From positions 24,822 to 88,821 of the forward strand of contig JASJDA010000001.1 in the NCBI GenBank assembly GCA_030065755.1: a stretch of DNA of 64,000 nt. Direction: 5' to 3'. Positions within the stretch are counted from its first letter, which is position 1, and every line of letters begins with the position of its first letter. Both the position numbers and the translations under genes were made by a program. This document shows, piece after piece, positions 54,984 to 64,000 of this stretch. The notes beneath the pieces are model-generated. The model was not told the DNA's origin. It worked only from the letters and a program-made list of their open reading frames with translations, and ran no database searches. Source of the DNA: Prochloraceae cyanobacterium. GTDB lineage: Bacteria; Cyanobacteriota; Cyanobacteriia; Cyanobacteriales; JASJDA01.

Positions 54984-56954
54984 TTAGTCTAGAATATGTA
55001 AATTGAACCGGCGAGAAAGCTCCTGGCAAACTTCGATCCCGCGAATACTATTGCCTCGATCGTCCAAAGGCGCTGAAAAGACGGCAATTCCCATTTGACC
55101 TGGAACCACAGCAATAATTCCCCCTCCTACCCCGCTTTTGGCAGGGAACCCAACTTTATATAACCATTCTCCGGCAAAGTCATACATGCCGCAGGTGTAC
55201 ATGACGCTGAGAAGATCTCGCACATACTCGGCAGCTATTGCTGGGGAGCCCGTAATCGGGTTAATACCGCCGTTTGCCAAAGTGGCTCCCATGACTGCTA
55301 AATCTCGACAGTTAATAATTACAGAACACTGCTGCAAATAAAGATCGAGAAGGGAGCGAATATCGCCTTTAATGAGCCCGAAATTGCGCAGTAGATAGGA
55401 GATGGCCCAGTTGCGATCGCCGTGACTTTGTTCGGAAACGAAGGTAGGGGTATCAACAAATACTCGATGACCGATGTAGCGCTGATACATTTGTAAAATC
55501 CGATTGAGTCGCTTGGCAGAAGTTGAGCCTTTAATGAGACTGGTAGTAGCGATCGCCCCAGCATTGACCATCGGGTTAAAGGGTCGTTTAGACTGGGTTT
55601 GAAGTTTAATAATCGAATCGTAAGGGTCTCCGGTTGGTTCTACATCGACCACGTTTAATACGTAGTCTCGTCCCCAGTCTTCTAAGGCAAGTCCGTAGGC
55701 AAAAACTTTGGAAATCGATTGAATTAAAAAAGGAATATCCCAATTGCCGACCGAATAAACTTGACCAGTCGTGGTAGCCACGCTGATGCCAAACCAATCG
55801 CGATCGATGGGGGCCAGATCGGGCTCGCTAGTGTAAATTCGGCCAGTGTTTAGGGGAAGATATTGCTCGTACAATCTTTGCAAACATTCGGTTAACGAAT
55901 CCCCATCTACGCCATTTGTTTGGTTCTGAGTCGAGAAATATGGGGGATAATTGTCTTGAGTTACTATCTGAGGAGCCGAAACTTGTTGAAAAGTATGAAG
56001 TTTGAACTTGGCAGATAGCTCCTCGAATACTTTCACCCCGCGAGCGCTTTTCCTGTGTTCTCCTAGAGGTGGTGAAAATACAGCAATGCCCATTTGTTGA
56101 GGTATGACGCCAATAATGGCTCCTGCCAAACCACTCTTAGCGGGAATTCCTACTTTATAAGCCCATTGACCGGAAAAATCATACAACCCGCAAGTGTACA
56201 TAATGCTGAGAATATTTTTCACATAGGCTGAATTGAGAGCGCGTTCTCCAGTTATGGGATTGATGCCATTATTAGCCAGAGTAGCTGCCATTACTGCCAA
56301 GTCATGACAACTAACCATTAGGGAACACTGCTGACAGTAAAGATCGAGAATTTCATCGATATCTTCTTCAATCAAACCGAAATCGAGCATCATGTAAGCG
56401 AGGGCTCGATTGAGATGGTTCCTAGTTCGCTTAGTATGATATGTCGATCGATCGATCTGCACCTCTCTGCCGATGTAGCTGCGGAACATCTCTAATAGCC
56501 GATGGGAGCGATCGGAGGCATTGGCACCCCTAATTAAGCCTGTAGTAGCGAGTGCTCCAGCGTTAACTAGAGGATTGTATTGTTTTTTAGAAATTTCGTC
56601 GGGCTCGATCGTGGAATTAAAGGATTCGCCAGTAGGTTCGACGCCGATGCGCTTAGAAACGTAATCCTCTCCCCGATCTTCTAAAGCCAGTCCATAGACA
56701 AATGGTTTGGAAATAGACTGAATAGTAAATAGTTCGGCGGTATCGCCTATGTCAAAATGCTGACCGTTGATTCCCACGATACTAATACCAAACCAATCTG
56801 GATTTGCTTTTGCCAGTTCGGGAATGTCAGCAGCAACATTACCTGCTTGGAAAAATTGATACTGGCGATGCAACTTTTCGATAAAGTTCAAAGACGATCG
56901 GCTAAAAATAGAAAATTCTTCGTTTAAAGAGTCAATATTAATTATATCTGTCAT
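54984..56954 (-). CDS. glsA: Tandem (two-domain) glutaminase
   Basis: Two complete serine-dependent glutaminase domains sit in one 656-aa ORF. Both carry the QSISK nucleophile motif, NPxVNAGA, MYTCGxYDFxGxWxYKVGxPAKSG and GIAVFSxPL. Confidence 0.85.
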   Translation of the reverse strand: MTDIINIDSLNEEFSIFSRSSLNFIEKLHRQYQFFQAGNVAADIPELAKANPDWFGISIVGINGQHFDIGDTAELFTIQSISKPFVYGLALEDRGEDYVSKRIGVEPTGESFNSTIEPDEISKKQYNPLVNAGALATTGLIRGANASDRSHRLLEMFRSYIGREVQIDRSTYHTKRTRNHLNRALAYMMLDFGLIEEDIDEILDLYCQQCSLMVSCHDLAVMAATLANNGINPITGERALNSAYVKNILSIMYTCGLYDFSGQWAYKVGIPAKSGLAGAIIGVIPQQMGIAVFSPPLGEHRKSARGVKVFEELSAKFKLHTFQQVSAPQIVTQDNYPPYFSTQNQTNGVDGDSLTECLQRLYEQYLPLNTGRIYTSEPDLAPIDRDWFGISVATTTGQVYSVGNWDIPFLIQSISKVFAYGLALEDWGRDYVLNVVDVEPTGDPYDSIIKLQTQSKRPFNPMVNAGAIATTSLIKGSTSAKRLNRILQMYQRYIGHRVFVDTPTFVSEQSHGDRNWAISYLLRNFGLIKGDIRSLLDLYLQQCSVIINCRDLAVMGATLANGGINPITGSPAIAAEYVRDLLSVMYTCGMYDFAGEWLYKVGFPAKSGVGGGIIAVVPGQMGIAVFSAPLDDRGNSIRGIEVCQELSRRFNLHILD

Positions 56955-57063
56955 GGGAAGGTGGATTTTTGCTGCCGAGATCGGTTTTACTTCTTTTTAG
57001 TATCTCTCAATCCCTCAGTATATTAGACTTCTTGCAGAAATTAGGGGACAGGAACGGCATTTT

Positions 57064-57098
57064 TCCTATTCCCTATTCCCTATTCCCTATTCCCTACT
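57064..57098. repeat. STRR heptamer array (CCCTATT, about 5 units)
   Basis: Direct reading. It overlaps the stop codon of the transporter gene. Confidence 0.85.
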
Positions 57099-58650
57099 CT
57101 GATAAATAATCTTTTAAGTCAGAAATTGAATTAATGCCGAGCCTCTCTACATCTTCGCTACGCATCATTAGAGCATAAGAATTGTTAAAGCCAAAAGGAG
57201 CGAGCCAGTTTAAATCGTAATTTTGTTTGGTTTCTTCTCGGACGTAAGCAAAAACTTTATCTTTATCTGCAATAATGCTATCTCTGATGTCGGGATCTGT
57301 TTTGAGAATTACTAGCAGACCCGTTCCGGTATATTCAGGATAGAGATCTATTTCTCCCCGTCGCAAAGCCTCAAAAGCGATTTTAGTCCCTGCCAGTCCG
57401 GTTTTTAACTCCACATCCAGCTCGGTGTAATTTTCTATTACTATTGCCATTATTTCTGCCAGCAGGTATTGTTCTGTAAAATTCTTAGAAGCGACGATCA
57501 GATCCCGAGAGCCGCTGCGTTGCGTCGCCGTATTTAATCCTAACTCCGACAAAAACTCCTGCGCCACTTGTATGGTCGGTCTTTTGAGGCGATCGACTCG
57601 ATAATTTAGTTCCGCCATCGTCTCGTTAGAAATTTTACCTGCTAGTTTGGCTAAGGCATCTTGCAGTTGGGGATATGCGCGCAAAGTTTCGCCCCGTACT
57701 AAAGGGGCAGCATAATAGGGGGGAAAATAGCTACGATCGTCTTGTAAGACCCTCAGATCGTAAGCTTTGATTCTCCCGTCGGTAGAAAACCCACTAATCA
57801 GATCGACTTTCTTTTCCTGGATGGCTTTATACATCAAACCAGGTTCTAATTCTAGAGTATTTAGCTTTAAACCATAGTGCTGGCGCAATCCAGGATAACC
57901 GTCAGCCCTTTCCATAAATTCGGAAGTAAATCCGGCAGTAAAGGAATTGCCAAAGAGATTGGGTAGAATCAGCCAAGACAGGGATAAAATTATTAAAACT
58001 GCTGCCCCGATCGGAATCAGTTTGAGCCAGCGAGCGATATTTTTTTGGACGATTCCTAAGAGGAAATCTAAGAGCAAGGCTAGAGTTGCTGCGGGAATTG
58101 CTCCCGCCAAAATCATGTCTACATTATTGAGGGCAATACCTCTAAAGATGAACTCTCCCAAGCCACCAGAAGCGATCAAAGCGCAGAGAGTAGCCACCCC
58201 CACAGTAGTAACGGCAGCGGTACGAATGCCAGCAAAAATTACCGGAATTGCTAGGGGGAATTCTACCTGCAATAAAATCTGCCGATCGGACATTCCCATA
58301 CCTTTTGCTGCTTCTTTAATGGAACTGTCTACTTCTTCAATGCCAGTGTAGGTATTGCGAATTATCGGCAAAAGCGCGTATAAAAACAAAGCAACAATGG
58401 CAGGAATAACCCCTATTCCCAATACAGGTAACAGAAATCCCAACAGCGCCACGCTGGGAATAGTTTGAATAACGCCCACTGCACCAATGACTTGATTCGA
58501 TACTCGTTGATATCGAGTTAAAAGAACCCCGACAGAAACGCCCACCAAAACAGCAATGGCTAAAGATGCCGCAGTCAAACCTATATGTTCTACTGTCTGT
58601 TGGGCAATTTCTAGCTGGCGATCGAGCAAGAATTCCCAGAAATTTATCAC
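57094..58650 (-). CDS. Glycine-betaine/choline-type ABC transporter, permease fused to its substrate-binding domain (OpuB/ProWX-like)
   Basis: The N-terminal about 215 aa is a BPD-type permease (LDRQLEIAQQTVEHIGLT..., EAAKGMGMSDRQILLQVEFPLA EAA loop). The C-terminal about 290 aa is an OpuBC-type binding domain (FTEQYLLAEI, LYPEYTGTGL, LAPFGFNNSYAL). Confidence 0.85.
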   Translation of the reverse strand: MINFWEFLLDRQLEIAQQTVEHIGLTAASLAIAVLVGVSVGVLLTRYQRVSNQVIGAVGVIQTIPSVALLGFLLPVLGIGVIPAIVALFLYALLPIIRNTYTGIEEVDSSIKEAAKGMGMSDRQILLQVEFPLAIPVIFAGIRTAAVTTVGVATLCALIASGGLGEFIFRGIALNNVDMILAGAIPAATLALLLDFLLGIVQKNIARWLKLIPIGAAVLIILSLSWLILPNLFGNSFTAGFTSEFMERADGYPGLRQHYGLKLNTLELEPGLMYKAIQEKKVDLISGFSTDGRIKAYDLRVLQDDRSYFPPYYAAPLVRGETLRAYPQLQDALAKLAGKISNETMAELNYRVDRLKRPTIQVAQEFLSELGLNTATQRSGSRDLIVASKNFTEQYLLAEIMAIVIENYTELDVELKTGLAGTKIAFEALRRGEIDLYPEYTGTGLLVILKTDPDIRDSIIADKDKVFAYVREETKQNYDLNWLAPFGFNNSYALMMRSEDVERLGINSISDLKDYLSE

Positions 58651-58657
58651 TATTGGC

Positions 58658-59911
58658 TTATTTTTTGATTCTGAGAATAGCTACCAAACCGTGACCGCAG
58701 CCCCATCCTTGTTGCATTTCATATTCTAGTGTTCGCAGAGCATAGCCCAACTGCGGCTCGATAATATTAGCTCGCGGATCGCCGTACCACATCCAGCCGA
58801 CATCGGCGATTACGCGATCGACAGTCATCAGGGCAAACTGCAATGATTTGGTAAAACTATCCCATCCTTCTAATTCCGTCAGCGCACAGCGTTTCCACAG
58901 CCGCTGTTGGCAGTATTCTACTACCACGTTCCAAGATGTAATTAGTTGGCGCAACTGGGGTGCAATTACAGGGTGGTCTGGTACGATCGTAGGATCTATC
59001 AGCAGTTCTTCTAAATTGGTGCGCAGGTAATCTTCGTGGAGAGAGTTAATTGAACGACGAATTGCTTTGAGCTGAGGATTGTATTCTTGAGTATCCGTAT
59101 GCCGACCCACTAATAGGGAGCGATCCATCAATTTTAATACTTCTACCCCTACTCCGGTAGCTGCAGTTAACTCTTTAGCTAGTTCTTTTACTTCTGTGCC
59201 AGCCCAGAAACGCAAGGGAAACTTTTCGCTCTCAATCTTTTCTCTGGTGGCTGGGGGATACAAATAACTCATGGTGTATTCCCGCACTTTTTCTGACTCC
59301 GATCGAGCTCCCCAGAAATCGGGCCATTCGATGGAGTAACGTCCGAGAAAATCGAGTACGATCGTGCTATCGTTGCGAGAGTGTTGGCATATATCTTCTA
59401 GCAGTTTGACCAAATCTTGGCGCATTAAATGAGAGAGGGAACCGTAAGAAGAGAAATAGATATCAAAAGGCTCTTGCTCCGTTTTTAAACGTCCCAAACC
59501 TTCTCGTAAATCTGCCTGAGCAAATTCCACGTGGGGTTCGCTCTCAAAAAGGGTCTGACCCTTTTCTACCATAGCCGCACTAATATCTAACCCCAAATAT
59601 AAATCGATTTTCTCTTTTGGCAATACTCTTTTGTGTTGCAAGCCCAGGTCTAAATCGCGACGATCGATTTTGGTCAAGATTTCGTATCCCTGTCCCGCGC
59701 CACAACCGAGATCGACAATACGTACTCCTCGATCGTTCTGACAACGGCGCTCTACCAATTCCCCCAGAAAAGGTCGCAAAGCAATGCGAGTTAACTGGTC
59801 TTCCCAGTAAGTCCGGACGTTGTCGTACTTGCCAAACAAGTTGCCGACATACAGATCGTATTTGCCTTCTCTGACGGCTTGGGTATAGGTTTGTTCTCCG
59901 ACTGATTGCAT
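58658..59911 (-). CDS. SAM-dependent methyltransferase, long form (417 aa) of unknown substrate
   Basis: Motif I VRIVDLGCGAGQGYE and post-I LGLDIS. About 250 aa C-terminal of the Rossmann core is unassigned. Confidence 0.7.
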   Translation of the reverse strand: MQSVGEQTYTQAVREGKYDLYVGNLFGKYDNVRTYWEDQLTRIALRPFLGELVERRCQNDRGVRIVDLGCGAGQGYEILTKIDRRDLDLGLQHKRVLPKEKIDLYLGLDISAAMVEKGQTLFESEPHVEFAQADLREGLGRLKTEQEPFDIYFSSYGSLSHLMRQDLVKLLEDICQHSRNDSTIVLDFLGRYSIEWPDFWGARSESEKVREYTMSYLYPPATREKIESEKFPLRFWAGTEVKELAKELTAATGVGVEVLKLMDRSLLVGRHTDTQEYNPQLKAIRRSINSLHEDYLRTNLEELLIDPTIVPDHPVIAPQLRQLITSWNVVVEYCQQRLWKRCALTELEGWDSFTKSLQFALMTVDRVIADVGWMWYGDPRANIIEPQLGYALRTLEYEMQQGWGCGHGLVAILRIKK

Positions 59912-59923
59912 AATTTTATTTTC

Positions 59924-61414
59924 TTAATGAAGAGTTCCTTGCCATTTGCCAATGAGATTAGCAACATCGGGATGGGGAAAATGACTTTGAAACATCCGGT
60001 AATAGAATAACTCTTCTTTGCTACTTACGGGAAATCCATCTCGACGAGCCTCGTCTAGTTCTGCTTGAGAAATGCTAGTTTTGGCACGGTCTGACAAGAT
60101 TGTCGATGAGGCACAGCCTTGGGCAAATTCCATCTTCTCCCGCCAAACCACTTCTTCTGGCAACTTATCGGCAAATGCCTGCCGGAGCAACCACTTTTCT
60201 GTGCCATAAGTTTTGTGTAGTTTGAGCGCTGGGTCAATGCTGAGGCACAGTTCGATAAATTCTGTATCTAAAAACGGCACGCGACCTTCTAGACTGTGAG
60301 CCATAGTCATTCGATCTACCCTCTGTAAATTTAAGTTGTGCAATCCTTTTAATATAGATATCGATTCCTGATGCAAAGCGATCGCGTCGTCGTAATTGGC
60401 AAAGTAACTATAGCCCGCAAACAACTCGTCCGCCCCTTCTCCAGTCAGAACTACCTTCACATATTGACTGGCAAGGCGAGAAACCAGATAACAGGGAATG
60501 GCGCTGCGCACTAAAGCTGGATCGTAAGATTCTAGATAATAAATTACATCAGGAAGAACTGCTTCCATCTCTTCCTCTGTATAAATATATTCGTGGTGAA
60601 TTGTTCCTAGATGTTCTGCTACCAGACGAGCAGCTTTGAGATCTGGTGAGTTGGGCAGTCCGACAGAAAAAGAATGCAATTGGGGCAGGCGTTCTGCCAT
60701 CAGGGCCGCAATTATACTCGAATCTAGTCCTCCGCTCAAAAAAACTCCTACGGGCACTTCAGACATTAATCTCTTTTGCACGCTTAATGACAAACAGGAG
60801 CGAATTTTTTCTAGAACTACTTCTACATCAGTAATAAATGAAGAGTTTTCCGGTAAATTGTAATAGGGAAAAAATCCTTCTCCTGATTTGTAATAATGAC
60901 CGTGGGGAAACTCTTGAATCGAATCAGTATATTGAATTAGAGCTTTGATTTCTGAGGAAAAGAACCCACACTCGCCTATACTCCCATAGTAAAGGGGCTT
61001 TATCCCGATCGGATCTCTAGCGGCAAACAATTCTTTACCATTACTAACTATAAAACTAAACATCCCATCTAAATGGTTAGTTAGTTCCAAGCCTAATTCT
61101 TGGTATAGTGGCAGTAAAACTTCACTATCTCCTTGGGAGCGAAAAGCATAGCTAGAATCAAAGCGTTCCCGTAGTTCTTTGTAATTATAAATCTCTCCGT
61201 TACAAATTCCATAAAGTTGATTTTTCTGATTCTGTAAAGGTTGATGAGCACCACTTACATCCACAATCGCTAAACGCTGATGCCCTAAAATCAAGTTATT
61301 TTCTCTAACTATGCCAGTCTCATCTGGTCCGCGATGGGCTAGCTTTGACAACATTATCTCGAAGTCAGATTTATTGGTTGGATTTTTACCGAAAACCCCA
61401 AGTATTCCGCACAT
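59924..61414 (-). CDS. Asparagine-synthase-family glutamine-dependent amidotransferase (AsnB/AsnO-like)
   Basis: The N-terminal nucleophile MCGILGVFG (class II GATase) and the PP-loop VGVFLSGGLDSS. The protein is 496 aa. Confidence 0.88.
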   Translation of the reverse strand: MCGILGVFGKNPTNKSDFEIMLSKLAHRGPDETGIVRENNLILGHQRLAIVDVSGAHQPLQNQKNQLYGICNGEIYNYKELRERFDSSYAFRSQGDSEVLLPLYQELGLELTNHLDGMFSFIVSNGKELFAARDPIGIKPLYYGSIGECGFFSSEIKALIQYTDSIQEFPHGHYYKSGEGFFPYYNLPENSSFITDVEVVLEKIRSCLSLSVQKRLMSEVPVGVFLSGGLDSSIIAALMAERLPQLHSFSVGLPNSPDLKAARLVAEHLGTIHHEYIYTEEEMEAVLPDVIYYLESYDPALVRSAIPCYLVSRLASQYVKVVLTGEGADELFAGYSYFANYDDAIALHQESISILKGLHNLNLQRVDRMTMAHSLEGRVPFLDTEFIELCLSIDPALKLHKTYGTEKWLLRQAFADKLPEEVVWREKMEFAQGCASSTILSDRAKTSISQAELDEARRDGFPVSSKEELFYYRMFQSHFPHPDVANLIGKWQGTLH

Positions 61415-61650
61415 TTTTCTTTCCTTGCCAGCTATTATTTTTGATTCTTTTTTTAATTAGTTGATTTTAAATTTTACTCCCACAGGAACTTTGTTCTTAA
61501 GCTTACTCACTTTTTTTTTGGCTTTTTTCCATTTGCTTAAACCTTTGATTTTTCTTAATAAAAAATCAAAGGTCCGATGACAGCTTATAGCCTCTGAGAC
61601 TTTTAGCGGGCTAGCGATCGCAACAATATAATTTTGGAAAAGCCTATGGT

Positions 61651-61733
61651 GACTGATAACTGTTAACTGTTAACTGTTAACTGATAACTGACAACTGATA
61701 ACTGATAACTGATAACTGACAACTGTTAAAACT
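61651..61733. repeat. STRR heptamer array (AACTGAT/AACTGTT/AACTGAC, about 12 units)
   Basis: Direct reading. It overlaps the stop of the TPR-CHAT gene. Confidence 0.9.
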
Positions 61734-64000
61734 GTTCTCCAACTAAAGAAAATGCTGCCCAATCTTGTGGTTGAGGATGAGTTTTCATAGTAGTTAACAT
61801 AGCTTGACGCAAAGCTTTAGCTTTACTAGAACCTTGTAGCCAGTGATGATAAAATTCCTTCATTAACTTGGTGGTGCGAGTGTCTGGAGTTGACCACAGG
61901 GGGATAATTACGCTTTCTATTCCCACACTAATAAAAGAACTAGATAAACTCATAATGTCCTTACTTCTATTGCTACCAATTCTAAGATTTTTGCTATTCA
62001 AAACGACTAATTTACCATTTAAATTCATCTCGAGTATTTCAACAGCAGTAAGCCAGCCATCATCTCGATCGGAAGCTGTTAAAGCGATCGCGCTTTGTTT
62101 ACCGTCAAATAAACTTTTAGTGCTTAAATGAATGACCGATGCTGTTGGCATTTTCTTTTTAACAGCGGTTTCACTATTAAGATTTTGAGCGATCGCCAAA
62201 GGCTGGAGTGCAGAAGCGATCGGAGCTGAATTATTGATACTTGCTACGACTAATACGTCTTTTGTTTTTTCTCTATGCTGCTGGTTTTCCTGTGCTAAAT
62301 CTAGTATTTCAATAGAAGGAACGATGGAAATGGTATGTTTTTCAATTAAGTATTTTCCTTGTTTATCTTGCAAAGCGACAAAAGGAACTAAAAATAATTC
62401 TTTTGGAGGGATAAAAATAATTGGTTCTGCTGGATCTTTGGGAAGAAAGTAAGCAATTGGTTCAATTAAGATTCGATCGAGCTGTTTTAGTAGTCTGGTT
62501 CGATCGATTGCGCTGACATTTGAAGCGTTCGCGCCCATACTGGAAATGGTTCGATCGACTATAGATTTTAAAGTAGATTGTGGAAAAGTTATTCCAGTTG
62601 GGGAGAGATCCATTGAGGAAAAGATAATTTCTCCTGTAGGTTTAATTACCCAGATATAGAGTTCTGTAGCACTGACTAAAGAATAAGTTACTAATGTCGC
62701 TTTTTGCTTTTGGGCTATTTCTTGGATCCGATCGCTTGATGGTGGAATTCTCAATAATTCTGGTTGAGGGTAGAATTTGTAACCGAATAAATCTCTTAGG
62801 TTTTCCTCTCGCTCTTTTTCGGCGATTTCTAGAGCTTTTTCTGGTTTATTCTTGGCTATGAATACTTTTTGCAGGATATGATAGGGGTTGGCTTGCTGCT
62901 GGGATAGAAAAAGTCTGAGAGGAGCGCTGATATCTAATGATTTGGGAATAGATCCTTGTTTCCCTATACTCTGTGCGAGAAAGGTTTGTGCCTCTTCTAG
63001 ATTCCCAGTGCGCCAAAAAGCCAGTCCGATCGCCTCAAGAGCTACTTTTTTTCCTTTTCGATCGCCTATCTTCTGTGTGACTTCTAGATAGGGTTTGAGA
63101 TACTCAATTGCTCTAGTATAGTTGCCAAGGGCTAAATAAGCTTTTGATAAGGCTACTAATGCCTTAGCTTCATCTTCTTTTTTATCTTGTCTTCTGACAA
63201 ACCCTAAAATCTGCTTGTATGCTTCTATTGCTTTGGCATTATCTCCTAAAGCTAAATAAACTTTGCCTAAATTAGTTAAAGCAATTTCTTCTCGATCGGG
63301 AATACCAATGGCTCGTATAATGCTCAATTGCTGCTGATAATAATCAACTGCTTTGTCATATTCTCCCATGCCATAGTAGATAGTACCCAGATTACCTAGA
63401 GATATAAGCTGTTGTTGTTGAGCTTTGATTTCTTTTGCTAAGGCTAAACTTTGTCGGGCTAGATCGATCGCTTTAGTTGTATCTTCTTTGGCATTATATG
63501 TAATGGCTAGATTAGCTAGAGATTTTGCTTCCTGTAAAGGAGTCTCTATTTTTTTGGCTAATGCTAGACCTTGCTGTTGATAATTGAGGGCTTTGTTATA
63601 CTCGAAGCGAGCATAGTAGATGTTACCTAGATTGTCTAAAGATTCTGCTTGTTGCTTTTGCGTTCCTCTTTTTTTTGCTAAATCTAAATATTTTTCTTGG
63701 TATTTTATCGCTGTATCGTATTGTTTTAGCTCGTAGTAAATTATACCTATATTGTTTAAAGATATTGTCTCTATTTCGCGATCGCCTATTTCTCGTGCTA
63801 GTTTTAGACTTCGTTTAAAATAATCTATGGCTTTGTGTAATTGTCCTCGCTCTTTGTATGCTATTGCCATATAAGCTAAAGACCGCATTTCTAAATCGCT
63901 TTCGCCAATTTTTCTGGCAATTGTCACACTGTGTTGGTAATAATTAATCCCCCTACTATAATCGCCTAACGCTGCGTATATTTGACCCAAATTAGTTAGG
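61726..64000 (-). CDS. TPR-repeat protein with a C-terminal CHAT domain lacking the catalytic dyad (N-terminus outside the window)
   Basis: At least 9 TPR units (LxNLGxIYxxxGxYxKAIxYYQQxL) are followed by a CHAT-like region (VIIPLWSTPDTRTTKLMKEFY, DWAAFSLVGE). The frame stays open to the window edge. Confidence 0.85.
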   Translation of the reverse strand, partial: LTNLGQIYAALGDYSRGINYYQHSVTIARKIGESDLEMRSLAYMAIAYKERGQLHKAIDYFKRSLKLAREIGDREIETISLNNIGIIYYELKQYDTAIKYQEKYLDLAKKRGTQKQQAESLDNLGNIYYARFEYNKALNYQQQGLALAKKIETPLQEAKSLANLAITYNAKEDTTKAIDLARQSLALAKEIKAQQQQLISLGNLGTIYYGMGEYDKAVDYYQQQLSIIRAIGIPDREEIALTNLGKVYLALGDNAKAIEAYKQILGFVRRQDKKEDEAKALVALSKAYLALGNYTRAIEYLKPYLEVTQKIGDRKGKKVALEAIGLAFWRTGNLEEAQTFLAQSIGKQGSIPKSLDISAPLRLFLSQQQANPYHILQKVFIAKNKPEKALEIAEKEREENLRDLFGYKFYPQPELLRIPPSSDRIQEIAQKQKATLVTYSLVSATELYIWVIKPTGEIIFSSMDLSPTGITFPQSTLKSIVDRTISSMGANASNVSAIDRTRLLKQLDRILIEPIAYFLPKDPAEPIIFIPPKELFLVPFVALQDKQGKYLIEKHTISIVPSIEILDLAQENQQHREKTKDVLVVASINNSAPIASALQPLAIAQNLNSETAVKKKMPTASVIHLSTKSLFDGKQSAIALTASDRDDGWLTAVEILEMNLNGKLVVLNSKNLRIGSNRSKDIMSLSSSFISVGIESVIIPLWSTPDTRTTKLMKEFYHHWLQGSSKAKALRQAMLTTMKTHPQPQDWAAFSLVGEQF

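Noticed and set aside
56955-57093. Possible glutamine riboswitch (glnA RNA or Downstream-peptide motif) in the 5' leader of the glutaminase gene
   Set aside because: Reading the minus strand, I do not find the conserved GGAAGUAGG / AAGGAACG-type core that I associate with these motifs. Most of the spacer is STRR heptamers.
61651-61733. Tandem repeat arrays considered as CRISPR (also 23075, 39583, 48045, 57064 and 33084)
   Set aside because: The repeat unit is only 7 nt, with no unique spacers between units. This is the STRR-type heptamer class of cyanobacteria. No cas genes are in the window.

Overview
This 64-kb window is cyanobacterial chromosome. The evidence is the many GCGATCGC (HIP1) palindromes, the heptameric STRR-type tandem repeats in most intergenic gaps, and the genes ndhK, ftrC, spp, sdhB and a PEP-CTERM protein. 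Most of it is housekeeping: queA, rpsP plus a KH protein, obg, comF-like, ftrC, the lptA-lptB-lptF/G cluster, an RND/MFP efflux pair, tldD/pmbA, aroA, sdhB, ndhK, comM/yifB-like, birA and pgeF. Five things stand out. (1) A complete ORF-containing group II intron (8241-11066) splits the lptA-like gene in frame. It has a GUGCG 5' end, a textbook domain V, EBS1/EBS2 matches to the 5' exon, and an RT-maturase-HNH protein. (2) An 11.5-kb Wzx-type polysaccharide cluster (23.3-34.8 kb) has a central methyltransferase / ATP-grasp / flippase cassette that is visibly AT-rich and lacks HIP1. A truncated N-terminal fragment of a different flippase lies upstream, which suggests cassette replacement. (3) A decayed accessory stretch (34.8-40.0 kb) holds at least three gene fragments (RTX-like, AraC tail, SDR N-terminus), a membrane-anchored unknown protein, a GNAT and a Crp-family regulator. 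(4) A tightly packed minus-strand module (54.98-61.41 kb) is the best candidate here for an undescribed system, possibly synthesis and uptake of an amidated, N-methylated compatible solute. It encodes a glutamine-dependent AsnB-type amidotransferase, an unusually long SAM methyltransferase, a betaine/choline-type ABC permease fused to its binding protein with no ATPase gene, and a tandem-duplicated two-domain glutaminase. (5) Two signalling-type proteins have lost their catalytic residues: a Ser/Thr pseudokinase with a recently triplicated C-terminal module, and a TPR-CHAT protein with both dyad positions replaced by Lys. All calls come from reading the translated ORFs and the DNA by eye. No database search was run, so family assignments rest on recognised motifs only.
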